Under the pieces are notes generated by a model. That model saw nothing but the letters and a program-made list of their open reading frames with translations, searched no databases and was not told the origin of the DNA. DNA of 55,983 nucleotides, filler included, from Dugesia japonica (Eukaryota): NCBI GenBank assembly GCA_001938525.1. It is 4 parts of 4 records of this genome, joined end to end, with 100 filler letters (N's around TTAATTAATTAA, not from the genome) between each part and the next. Parts side by side here need not be neighbours in the genome. Positions count along the whole stretch, not along the records: positions 1 to 11,550 come from MQRL01619396.1; 3 more parts are not named here. One strand, given 5' to 3'. Position numbers and translations under genes: made by a program. Shown here in pieces: positions 1 through 11,650 of this stretch (position 1 is the stretch's first letter; every line of letters starts with the position of its first letter).

Positions 1-393
1 GTGTCATTTTTTCTTTCTACTACTAATTATAAAACTTTTAAATTATAAAACTACTAATTATAAAACACTAACTATTACTGCTACTAATTATAAAATGATT
101 GTATTAAAATTTCATATATATATGTATATGATAAACTACATATATGTATTAATATAATAATATTTAGCGTATAGAATATTTTATTTTCAACATTGAATGT
201 GACAATCAAGTTTCTAAAGTTTCTCGGAGAAATTTAATTTTTTTTTGAATGTAATTATGGAAAAATGAATTTTTTCATTGATATTGATAACATTAGAGAT
301 AACAAATTTTTTCTGTGGTAATCGTTTTTTCATGCAAGTATTTATATTTATTCAAATAATTTACAAATATATCTAATCAACAGCAATTGTAAA

Positions 394-1130
394 AATAACT
401 AATCTGTTATAGCTGTCTAGCTATAATAAAAGGTGTAAGAACTGTTCTTCTCAGTTTCATCCATGAGGGGTAGCAGATTTTTGCTTTTAAAATTTGAGAT
501 GAATCTGTCATTGATCGATCATTGACGGAGTCTCGAGAAATCCTGGAAAGAAGTGAAATGTCTTTAAATTGAAATTAATTAAAGTTCAAAATAATTTATG
601 GTAACCAATGACCTTGACCTACTTTNNNNNNNNNNNNNNNNNNNNNNNNNNNNNNNNNNNNNNNNNNNNNNNNNNATAATTAATCTGTTATAGCTGTCTA
701 GCTATAATAGAAGGTGTAAGAACTGTTCTTCTCAGTTTTATCTATGAAGTCAGTTTTATCTTATCTTTAAAATTTGAGATGAATCTGTCATTGATAGAGC
801 TTCCAGAGCTCTCTAAAGCAGTGAAAATTCTCTCTTTTTTTAAAGTGTAAGAACTGTTCTTCTCAGTTTTATCTATGAGGGGTAACAAGTTTTTCGCTTT
901 AAAATTTGAGATGAATTTGTCATTGACAGAGTCTCGAGAGCCTCTAGAAAGTAGTGAAATCTCTTTAAATTGAAATTAATTAAAGTTCAAAATAATTTAT
1001 GGTAACCAATGACCTTGNNNNNNNNNNNNNNNNNNNNNNNNNNNNNNNNNNNNNNNNNNNNNNNNNNTAAATTGAAATTAATTAAAGTTCAAAATAATTT
1101 ATGGTAACCAATGACCTTGACCTACTTTTT
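394..1130 (+). repeat. Imperfect tandem/local duplication (units of a few hundred bp, interrupted by N gaps)
   Basis: Blocks taatctgttatagctgtctagctataat, gtgtaagaactgttcttctcagttt, aaaatttgagatgaat and taaattgaaattaattaaagttcaaaataatttatggtaaccaatgaccttg recur 2-3 times; partly possible assembly redundancy around gaps. Confidence 0.85.
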
Positions 1131-1309
1131 TGAAAGCGACTCTGGCCTAGTTTCAGTTGCTAAGGACGGTTGCCATGGTAACCAATGACCTAAACACTGT
1201 TGCTAACGCGGTTGACATGGAAACGACATTGACCTACATTGGTTGCCATGGCAACGGGGGGACCCCCCCGTTGACCTACTTTGTTCTAGTGTCCTCCTAT
1301 CTATCTACT
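1131..1309. mobile_element. Putative Polinton/Maverick terminus with RFX-like boxes and a GC hairpin
   Basis: Ends CTATCTATCTACT (1297-1309; AGTAGATAGATAG on the minus strand), identical to 52365-52377; X-box palindromes at 1169-1182, 1211-1224, 1242-1255; a Helitron 3' end is an alternative reading (hairpin 1252-1273, CTAG 1286-1289). Confidence 0.5.
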
Positions 1310-1799
1310 ATCTCACTATCTACTAGTATTATCCAACTCTTTACTAGTATTTTACAATCTCTACTATCTACTGATATTTTCTTACAATCTACTGGTATTC
1401 CTCCATTCCACAATAGAAATATCTCTGTAATAAAATTATTCTATATATGCAATGGGTTTTCTTTCACACTCAACTGGCTTTATCACATTGTAAATGACTT
1501 TCTCTAACTTTATCTAACATCATTTGAGAACATCATGATCCAAATATTGGCTAGTCTATATTAACATTAACAATAATATTGCCCGGGATGTGAACACTAA
1601 CATTAATCTTAACATCAATATTGTCCAGGGGAACATCTAATATAATAGGAAAAGTAAGTCTTTGTGTATATAATGTTAATGATTTTCTCTGGTTTTATAA
1701 GTGTTTTATTGTTAGAAATGTCTACGTTTTTAAATGAATTATATATATTCTTTAGGGCTAATGTAAACTGTACATTAAATAATATAGGTTTCAAAGCCA

Positions 1800-3200
1800 A
1801 TACATAGAAGTCTTCACATTAAAATTGCATTTAATCATAGAAAATGTAAGTTTACTAATGAAAAATTCTAAATCAACACATAACGGTATAATCCATTGCA
1901 CAAAATCTTTATTTAACTCATGAAAATTATAACTCAACACATGAAGATCACATAGAAGTTAATTAAAATTTCTAAGATTTTCTAAAAGATTTACTAAAGA
2001 TTTAATAAAACTCTTAACCAACAATTTAAACTTATAATCTTTCACACAAGAATGTAGCTCATTGAAATTTCTAAGACAACCTTTAAAATTTCAATCAATC
2101 TAACAAAAGTCCGATCGAACTTATAAAAAGTAACACTCAACAAGTACATTTCTTAGTCAACACATAAATTCATAATGTAGCACACTAAAACTACAATCCA
2201 TCACACAGAATTGTAACATATTACACTAAAATTACAATCTATTTCAAAAGATTTCATTCAATCACAGTAAAATTCTAAGTAGTCACACCAAATTTCTTAA
2301 CCAGTACATAAAAATTATAATTGATCGTGCTAAAAATATATACAGAAGTCATTGAAAATATTTAAAAATACATATAAGTCATTAAATTATTTCAACCGTT
2401 GTATATTTCTATTAAAAAGCTTTATAAATTTTACAGATGTATTCAATAACAATCAAAGATTACAGAAGATAATAAAATTTCGAAGTAAGCAGTCAAAAAT
2501 TCAAACCAATAAGTGAAACCTATAATCTACCACACTAAATATATAGTTCATCACATTGAAATTTCTAAGTCAACGTTTTAAAATGTACATTTCATCAATT
2601 AACATTCTAAAACAACACATAAAATTACTCAGTCAACATGTAAAATATAGGATTCATAATTGAAAACAAACATTTCAACATGGAAATAATCACTTTGTCC
2701 TGGAAAATTATAATTTTATCACAAAACATGTACACTTCATCATAGAATATACATGTATCATCATGATAAATACACGAGTCATCATTGAGAATTAGAGACA
2801 AATACATAGAAAGTATATTATTCGTCATTTAAAATACAACTGTCATCATAAACCTAAAAATTCATAAGATTTAAAGTGCTTCTGTTTTATCTGTTTCAAT
2901 TTAATAAGAATCAACTTTTACCAGCGTTAAATTCATAAGAATAAAAATATAAAGTTTAAATAATTAAAAATTAAAATTTATCAGTTTGAAATTAATATGG
3001 AACAAATTTACCAGCTTGACATTAATATGAATCAAAGTTTAGCAACTTGTAATTATTATTTATTAAAATTGATCAATTTTAATTTCACATGAATCAAATT
3101 TTATCTGCTTAAAATTAATACGAATCAAATTAAACAGTTTAAAATAAATAAAATTAATAAATTAAAATTTATCATTTAGAATTAATGTTTTTTAAAATTG
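1800..3200. repeat. Degenerate ~21-bp-period minisatellite region
   Basis: Recurrent aaaatt(a/c)taa..caacac(a)-like units; aaaatttatcagtttgaaattaat-like units toward 2900-3180. Confidence 0.55.
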
Positions 3201-3884
3201 ATTTTGATAAATTAAATTTAATTAATTTATTAAAATATGTTAAACCATTATTTATTATTAAATAATTTTGTTTAAAAATATTGATTAAATATGGCCTGAA
3301 TGGAATAATTTCACATGTTTCGCCAATTAACAATATAAAGTAAGATGTTTTATTTAAATTGCTATATTATTAATTTTATTTTAGATTATTTAAAAAATCT
3401 ATTATGATTTGTAATATATAATTTAAAATTTAAAATTTATTGTTATCAATGTTATTATAGAATTTGATAAATTATGAAATTAAGCAAGGATTTATTTTTA
3501 TTTAAATTAAACGGTAATAATTTTCTTAAATTGTAATAATTTTCGTAATGATTTTATTTAAAGTTAACAATTTTTAAAATTAATAATTTCTTTTCAGTTA
3601 ATAAATTGATTTTCAGGTGATAATAGTATACGTTATAAAATCTTTATAATATGATTAAAGTTATTAGAGATATGGTAAATTATTACGAATTATGACCATT
3701 TTTATGAACTTTGATAATAAGTAAGGATTTATTTTATTTAAATATAATGGTAATGATTTATTAATATGGTAATTTTTTTTTCTTAAATGATTTAACTTAA
3801 AGAACCTTTAGTAATTCTTTTTTAATTCTTTAATGATAATAAGTAATGATTTTCTGCAATGATTTATTTTAAGATTTATTTAAT

Positions 3885-4230
3885 AACATTTGACCTGGAA
3901 TTATTTACTATTTTGCGAATCTGAGTCCAGTCAAATATTAGGATTGAGGACTAACTGTTTTTATCTTATAAAGATTATACAGTTGTAGCAATATATATTT
4001 GAGACCGGATGTGAACGGTCAGAAGCATTGCTACCAGAGATGCACATACTGTATTGGAGCTTAGTCTAGTTAAAACTACACAAGCTGATCGATAAGTTCA
4101 ATCATGAACGAACTCGATTGGATGCTAACGAACCTTGATGTATTCGCTCCGTCGGACTGTACATGTTAGAGAAGTTAATGTAATGGCATGGAATTCAAAC
4201 TGTTATGGAAACAATGTATGGAAATAATTT
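3885..4230 (+). repeat. Interspersed repeat, homolog of 17170-17510; possible decayed ORF
   Basis: Shared blocks tctgagtc(c/t)agtcaa, aacggtc(a/g)gaagcattgctac(c/t)agagatg(c/t)acatactgta, gataagttcaat...gaactcgat. Confidence 0.8.
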
Positions 4231-4779
4231 TAATAACCTTATTGATAAGTTTACTTAGAATACAAATAATATACGGCTTTCATTAATTATACTAAGTCAG
4301 AATTATTTACTAAAACATATAAATATTAAAATGATTTTCCTTGGAATAGTATTGGTTTCTTTTGGTAAGCAGCTAATATTAAAGGAACTGTGAACATCTA
4401 ATGTTAGGAGTATTGAATCGTTTTGTTCAGGGATCATCCTATTTTGGTTACAGCCAAGAGAGCGTATCCATAGACATTTCATAGTTTGTACCCTGTAACC
4501 ACCAATGTTTCAAACCAAGATCTTATAGTTTGAACACTGAAACATATATTAGAATGAGACTTGAACATATAATGTTATTATTGCTCGGAGAATATTTAAT
4601 GATAATATAAAATCACATTCAATAAATTTTGTTTAATTTAAATAAACATAAGATTTTCAATAACTTCCATAAAGATACTCAAAGTAAATAATTTCATTAA
4701 AATTAAACAGATAATCATTTATTTCGATTAATTTAAACAAGGAATCATAAAACCACTTATTTTAAACAAAAAAACCATT

Positions 4780-5104
4780 TGAAAAAAAATTGGCCAATCA
4801 AATCGTTGGAAACATGTGCGTGACCAATCAAATTGAAGCCCTCAGAAAAAAGCCTTAATGGCACCAATAACGTTATCACACACCTGAAATTTTTACCAAT
4901 CAAATTGTAGGAAACATGTGTGCAGCCAATCAAATTGAAGCCTAAAAAATTCCGTAATGGCACCAATTACGTAATCACATACCTGAAATTTCGAAAAAGA
5001 AAATTACAAGAAACATGTGTACAGCCAATCAAATTGAAGCCCAAAAAAATTGGGGGTTAGGTTGACGAAAAGTATGTGGGGCCGTGCGCTTCTGAGTACC
5101 TACT
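4780..5104. mobile_element. Putative Polinton terminus with ~100-bp subterminal tandem repeats rich in CCAAT
   Basis: About 2.5 copies of a ~100-bp unit (aaacatgtg...ccaatcaaattgaagcc...aatggcaccaat), then a G-rich tract, ending TACCTACT (AGTAGGTA on the minus strand). Confidence 0.55.
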
Positions 5105-5767
5105 ATTTTGAAATGACATCTATGACATTTTTTAGGCATTTTTATGTAAATTTAATTTCGCTTATGTAATTTTAGTGTATTTTATTGACTTCTAGTCATT
5201 TTTGGTCGTATTTTAATGACATCTATGCATTAAAATTGAAATATTTATGTAATAAAACATATTCAATTTTTGAAATGATTTGTTTAATTTGCAGTTGCTT
5301 TGCATTTGTATTGCATTTAAATTGTTTTAACGAAGAAATTTCAATCAAAAGATGATAATAATCTAAGTACCACAATTTCAACCAATAAAAGCCATACTTA
5401 CAAACTATACATTAAATAATTATCAACACTGAGTATAAAAGCAAAAAACATTTAATAAATTTTCATTATTTAAAAATGAAGCAAATTATTGGGTTAGCAA
5501 AAGATAATGTTATGACCATCGCTGTGAATTACGGAAAGCCTACAGAATTTCATGGAATCTAAATGAAAACAAAGTTGGAAAACCAAAAAAAAATCAAAAA
5601 CTAGAAAGTCAAAAATCAGTTCAAAAATCTTTTTTAAAAAACAAGTTAGACTGAATAAGTTCAAGAAGATAGCAAAACTCTATAGAAAAAAGCTTAGAAA
5701 CGTAAATGAATATCAATATAAACAATCTGTTTATATGTAGATAAAATATAATATTTAGATAAGAAAA

Positions 5768-5965
5768 ATGAAATCACATCAAAGTATTCCATTTTTTTTA
5801 CCTTTAATCAAATCACCAAGTATAATTAGAGTGAGAATCCTGCAGGCATTTCCAGCCTGTGTTGTTGATGATTTAGTAGAAATCATTAGAGATATTTTTA
5901 GCGGTTAGTTATATGAAAAGCCTGCTTGGATATTACCATCGCAAATAGTTAATAATGAAAAATAA
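5768..5965 (+). pseudogene. Polinton remnant: PW/core-protein-like N-part fused by deletion to a probable integrase chromodomain tail
   Basis: Translates ...IRVRILQAFPACVVDDLVEIIRDIFSG*LYEKPAWILPSQIV; the first half resembles the small Polinton protein with CLCECALNILKG, the second resembles the KGY...SWIP chromodomain end; lies directly before the penton. Confidence 0.35.
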
Positions 5966-6320
5966 TTTCTATACACTTTTGCCGAGTTATAGTAGTCATC
6001 TTGTTTATCAGGATACTAATGGTAGTAATTTCATTGTTGAAATTCAAATTGCAATTAATTAGGAAGGTAGTTGGCAAGTAGCCATGACGGATTTCACTTA
6101 TGTATCAATCATTTCCTATATATAGTAAATCTAGAATTGATTATGAAATATTTCAACAAGTTAGTAGTGACTTGTTTTTACTTATTGATAACAAACAAAA
6201 AATAACTCGTTTAACTATTTCTTATAAAGGTTTTGATAAAGATTATAAACCTAATGCAGCTCTCAATGATAATACGCTAATATTTAATAATACTAGTGCT
6301 GTTAGTTCAGAAAGTGCTTT
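5955..6320 (+). pseudogene. Polinton/adintovirus minor capsid protein (penton, PX), N-terminal remnant
   Basis: MKNNFYTLLPSYSSHLVYQDTNGSNFIVEIQIAIN*EGSWQVAMTDFTY matches the penton N-terminal pattern FYxxLPSNSS...N..SNFxV.L...I.L.G.WEV.L.EI.Y; internal stop and frameshift. Confidence 0.85.
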
Positions 6321-6324
6321 GATG

Positions 6325-6734
6325 TTTAATACTCTTAAGGGTGATTATAAATATTCTATTTCAACATTTCAAGATTTAAATGTTACTTTCTTGTCTTTAG
6401 CAAAAAATATTGGTTATCGAGAGACAGATACTCAGGATTTTGAAAACGAACAATTATAGCACTACATATATCCAATCTATTGTTCAAAATATGGTATATT
6501 TGGATATGAATATGAATTATGAATTAACTCTTGATGAATTCAAAACCAAATATCCATTTTTACAATCGTGCTTGATCCGGATTTCGATATAAATCAAAGT
6601 CAATTACCACAACAAGGAAATTTGAGATTAAATATAAAGTTTGCAAAAGCTTTGACTGTACCAGCGTATGTTATTATTTATGGAGTATTGGAAAAGGAAA
6701 TTCAAATCAATGCTATAGAACAGTATTAGTGTAA
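6325..6734 (+). pseudogene. Polinton/adintovirus major capsid protein (PY/hexon-like), C-terminal remnant
   Basis: FNTLKGDYKYSISTFQDLNVTFLSL...QDFEN/NYSTTYIQS...ELTLDEFKTKYPF/FTIVLDPD...QGNLRLNIKFAKALTVPAYVIIYGVLEKEIQI parallels the MCP pattern FAFDLTPD...GNxRLE..F..AL....CIVYAEF...I.I; two or more frameshifts. Confidence 0.85.
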
Positions 6735-6737
6735 ACA

Positions 6738-7135
6738 ATATCGTGTAAAATCGATAAATGTTATGAAGTAAGTTTAATTATATTTATGATTTTTATTTAA
6801 TTAGTTCTATTCAGATTGCAACAAAGTGGATTGGATCAGCATGGTTAGGTGTCTATCCATTAGACAGGATTCCATATATACCATTGAATAAAGCATTAAT
6901 CGTCAATACCCATACATCAAACCTAGGTGGAGAACATTAATTAGCTATTAACAATAAACCATCAAAGATATTGGTATTCGATTAGTTTAAGTATTATTAT
7001 CCATCAATGTTGGTATCACATCTATTGAAAATGTCAAAAACAATTAAGTAAAATAAGATATGCTATCAACCATGGTTTACTATAACCTGTGGACAATATT
7101 TCTTATTGGGGTTGAGATATCAACATTATAGTTGA
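6738..7135 (+). pseudogene. Adenain-like (adenovirus-type) cysteine protease of Polinton, with predicted intron 6768-6814
   Basis: WLGVYPLDRIP...ALIVNTHTSNLGGEH*LAI...VFD*F...NKICYQPWFTITCGQY retains catalytic H, D and Q..CG motifs; three in-frame stops; GTAAGT...TTCAG intron joins SCKIDKCYE in frame. Confidence 0.88.
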
Positions 7136-8559
7136 AAATGTACATTGATGTATTGATGTTTTTTGAAAATAAATGTAATTAAAAAAAATTTGTCTTGTTT
7201 TCATTTGTTAATAACTAATAATATATAGTCTTACAGTATTACATATAACAAGATTTGACTTAATTTTTGGACTTAATTTAAAATTAACTAATGATATACA
7301 CACGTAGTTAGATAACACAGAAAGAACAAAAAAGATAAGAGAGTATATAACACATTACATATTTCATTTTCATCAGTTGTTAATTAAAAAGCAAAATGTA
7401 GAGGAGCTTCGCAAAACATGCATTGAATCAGCATAATCAGATGGCCAGCAGGATCTAATTAATGATAAGGTATTTCTTTTTTTAATAATTAATATTTTTT
7501 TAATTTTTACTTTCAGATATTATTTCGATAATTCTTTTAAGAAAAAGATGGGTTCCTTAAAAAGAAGAATATCAAACAGTTTTAGAAGGATATTACAAGG
7601 ACATATATTTGTGCGCTCTTTGCAAATGCTACAAGTGTATATATATATATGCTTCTTGAGAATCTTGTAAATTTGTGTTAATACATTTTTTGTTAATAAA
7701 ATATTTTTCTTTTTTATTTTCATATAGTTATTTATAATAAAGTTTTTAGTTAATTTGGTGGTTATTTTTTTTAAAGTAATTTATTTGAAATACAGTTTTT
7801 ATTATTTAGTTAGTTAATTTGATAGGTATATCTTTATAAATATTGTGATTTATATATAGTTAATTAAAAAAAAGTCAAATAAATAAATACCATTTATTAT
7901 AATAACGTTTTTATTAATTGAGTTAATGTTGTCTCCATTTTTCTTGACTCCTTGTATTTCCACCTGTATCATATATTGTTGGGAATTTTCGAATAAAATC
8001 GATTTGATGAAAACTGTATCCTTAATTGTAATCGTTGGTTAAATTCTTTGTAATAATAAATTCAAAGTATTCATGTCTTTGGAACCGATATTGGATATCA
8101 ACACACTATACGTAGAATTTTGTATCTTTACAGGTTCCTATATAAAAATTTTAAAAGTCCTTTGTTCTTTCTTATTTGATTTTTTCGTAAAGTATGCATT
8201 TTATCATACTTATCTTTAAGACAATGTATAGGTAGACTTTAATCTCTATTTGATAGTATCAAATTTGAGTCTGTGCACGCTTTTTAAACATTAAAATTTT
8301 AAACATTTAATAACTCGACACCAATACATCAGATTAAAATTCCGAGATAGCAGTTATGTTCAACAGTACCAAGGTTGTCATCATAGCGTGTATGTACTTG
8401 ATTTAATCTTGATTTTAAAAGTGGTGATTTTAGGTGGTTTACTGCTGACATAACTACTCTATTGTTCTTCACTTTTCGATATGAAGAAAGCATTTTTGTC
8501 TTTAAGTCTTTCAGGTAATGTATAGTTGATTTTCGATTTTATGATGTTTTTTTGAAAAA

Positions 8560-8847
8560 AAAGTATGACTCATCAAAAAATTCAAAATGTCTGGAGCGTA
8601 AGGGTTAGGGGGTTTGGGTAGTGGGTAGGAGGTTTTTGTTCAAAAAAAAGTATAACTCATCAAATAATAAAGTTTTAAAAAATTTAAAACAAAATTAAAA
8701 AATAATTTAAAAAAAATTTTTTTTTAGAAAAGATGTAGCCAAAAAAAATTGTGTGTGGCCCAAAAAATTGAGCATGGCCAAACAAAAGTGGGCGTGGCCA
8801 AAATGGGTGCTGCTGTGACTCATTGGGGGATGATATTTCTACCTACT
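8560..8847. mobile_element. Putative Polinton terminus inserted next to/into a PolB gene
   Basis: ~20-bp repeats ending tggcc, GGGCGTGG box, two TGACTCA, G tract, ends CTACCTACT; PolB coding sequence starts immediately after. Confidence 0.55.
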
Positions 8848-9700
8848 CTACAGGACTTGGGAATGCATCGGTTATTTTTATCATGAATTAGAGGTGGCAT
8901 GACATTTGTAAATACACATTACGTTCGGGCAGACAAGAATACCTCACTGCAATATATCGATATAAATAATCTATTCGGTTTGGCCTTAAAACAGTCTTTA
9001 ACATATAGAGACTTTGAGTTTTTACCGGAAGATCAGTTGGAAGAAGTATATCAGAAGTTATTATTATCAAGCAGTGAAGAAGGATTGTATATGTCTGGAT
9101 AGACCAAGTTACATTAGACAGACGGGGCTGGATCTTACCAAGCTACGCATGTACAAGTTACAGTATGAAGAGTTGGAAAATATCGAAATCAATTTGGTTG
9201 TGAAATCCTTATTACCGGTGAGATAGATAGCACTTTCTTGTCATGCACTGGAGTGGACAAAAACGGACTCTTAAGAGAATTTAAATTTGTGGTCTGCTGA
9301 ATATAATAAATTATTCAAAGGAACACTCATTATACTCTAGTAATGTAACCAACAAGATCTGGTCATTTAAAAATGAGGGTCAAGGAGAGGATTATCTGGA
9401 ATGGGTATTTTTGAGACCTAAATGCTATAGCATGAATAAGGAAGATGGCAGCACAACTATGAAGGCTATAAGAGTTGGTTTGAAAAAAACTTATATTCGC
9501 CATGATAACTATTTGGACTTCTATACCGAAGCAGAAGAAGTAAAGAAGGTAAATCAGAGCACATTCAGGTCACTTAATCATCAGACTTATACAATAGAAA
9601 CTAAGAAATACGCGTTATAATATGTGGACGATAAGCTCTTTTGGAAGGAAAAAAATAAGAGTATGGCCGATGGCCATGATCAAATAAATAACTCAATTTT
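8848..9700 (+). pseudogene. polB: Protein-primed family B DNA polymerase (Polinton/adintovirus pPolB), internally deleted C-terminal remnant
   Basis: IRGGMTFVNTHYVRA...LQYIDINNLFGLALKQSL (YxDxNNLYG motif), LDLTKLRMYKLQY, a degenerate DTDS, FKNE...LRPKCYS, FRSLNHQTYTIETKKYAL*YVDDK...ADGH. Confidence 0.92.
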
Positions 9701-9805
9701 ATAATCAAAAATAATCGTTATTTTGTTTCGATGTCAACCAATTCCAATGCTGCATTCAGATTGTTACAGAAGAGGAAAGCCTATGTTTTTTAATAATAAG
9801 GTTTT

Positions 9806-9872
<67 letters not shown>

Positions 9873-9922
9873 NNNNNNNNNNNNNNNNNNNNNNNNNNNN
9901 NNNNNNNNNNNNNNNNNNNNNN

Positions 9923-9985
<63 letters not shown>
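9806..9985. repeat. (AAT)n microsatellite spanning a gap
   Basis: Direct observation; explains the poly-I/poly-L ORFs. Confidence 0.97.
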
Positions 9986-9988
<3 letters not shown>

Positions 9989-10359
9989 AATAATGTGAGA
10001 AAATTTACATGTCGATAAATAAAATCATTGTTTACAATGAGGTCTGAAAATTCACACATAAAAATATTTTAAATAAGTTTTTCATGTCCATTCAAACAGT
10101 AAAATAAAATTTTTGGAATTTCTTTAATGCCTAATGCGCATCGCTTTTAATTTTTTATAAAATAAATAATGTTTGAAATTTTTTATTGTTAATTTAAACA
10201 AAGAAAATAATTTGAGTTCAACTGAGTGTGAAATTTAGCACCTAAGGTAATTTTTTATTTAAAAGTGTGAATTTTCACACTTTGTGTATAAATTTCCAAT
10301 TTTTACATTTAGATGTGAAAATTGACGACAAAGATGTGAAAATTCACACTTATTTTACA

Positions 10360-11420
10360 ATAAATCAATAACTTCCATGTAATCTGTTCCTTGAATAATA
10401 TTAGAATGTCATGTCAGTAGAATTCATATTGCACGATTTTTACACGTGTATTGTGCACATAATATATATTTATTGCAACATGTTGCGCATTAATACATCA
10501 TGTAAATTTCAAAAAAAATGTTTTGATACTTCTTTGCAATTTCATAAATTAATTTCTGACTTCTATCCAATTTAATAAAATATGTAGTGACTTCTAGTCA
10601 TTTTTAGATTTACTTTCTAAAATATGATTTTGAAGGAATTATAGACTTCTATGAAATTTATGATTATCTTTTCAACTACTATATAATTTCAGATAAAATT
10701 ATTTGACTTCAAGTAAATTAGATAATACTACTTTGCACTTTCTGGACCTCATTTACATTAGCTTCCTCATACTCTTGTTCTTACTTATCATTGTTTTAAG
10801 TAAAGACACATACTAAGAATGAAGTGAAACCTTATTTGGATAAGAAATAATTGAATATGTATAACTTGTTTGTTAATAGTTTGTTCTAAATAATAAATTA
10901 TAATGTAGTGGGGCTTCTTACAAAAATTAGTCTATTGAATGTTTCTTGTTTAATAGCCTTCTATTTAATTATAAAAAACCTATATGTGTCATATTAAAAT
11001 TTATATTGTATGGTTTAAACCAATATTTTCATGATAAATCCCATTTTTACATGATAAAATTTTAAATTAAACCAATATTTTCATGAGAATACCCATATTT
11101 GCCATTAAACATATACTTTCCACTTAACCGATATTTTCAATGTTGAATCAAGTATTTATTATGACAAAACCTGTATTTCCTATGTTAAACTCTTATTTTC
11201 CAAGAAAGTTTCTGGTAATTTGACATTTAAAAGAAAATGAAATACATAAAACCAAAGTTAACAAATTAAAGCAAATAGCAAGCAAAGAACCAGAAGGATA
11301 ATCAAATGATGAAAACATACTGAAATAGTTAAATTATTTTAAATAAGAGATATGAGATATCAAGTGTTACTCACTATCACTCAGTCGTATAGTTTTCTTN
11401 TATCTCTTACTGTTACTTTT
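10360..11420 (+). repeat. ~1.1-kb interspersed repeat, inverted homolog of 44640-45820
   Basis: Colinear shared blocks ttccttga(a/g)taatat.agaatgt, attcatattgcac, catgtaaatttc, aaaaccaaagt, atactgaaata, ttactc(a/g)ctatcactcagtc. Confidence 0.8.
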
Positions 11421-11550
11421 TAAAGATTAAGATTCAATAGAACGTAGAGTAAAATATAGATAAATAGAGTAAATGATGCTTGTATGTATGCTTTATTGAA
11501 ATAAAAATGAAATTAGAAAGAAGTATTCAGTTTTTTATCGCCTTGATTAA

Positions 11551-11650
11551 NNNNNNNNNNNNNNNNNNNNNNNNNNNNNNNNNNNNNNNNNNNNTTAATT
11601 AATTAANNNNNNNNNNNNNNNNNNNNNNNNNNNNNNNNNNNNNNNNNNNN
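11551..11650. other. Artificial assembly spacer N44-TTAATTAATTAA-N44
   Basis: Exactly 100 bp with a six-frame stop linker; identical design at 22037 and 37373. Confidence 0.95.

Noticed and set aside
1157-1507. 116-aa ORF
   Set aside because: Non-ATG start; crosses a repeat terminus and low-complexity ctact repeats; no protein-like features
5955-9700. Stop-codon reassignment to explain in-frame stops in the viral-like genes
   Set aside because: The stops replace different expected residues (W, S, L) and co-occur with frameshifts and deletions; simple decay explains them
9723-10059. Poly-Ile/poly-Leu ORFs (also 28532-28870, 43415-43688)
   Set aside because: Translations of (AAT)n microsatellites and N gaps
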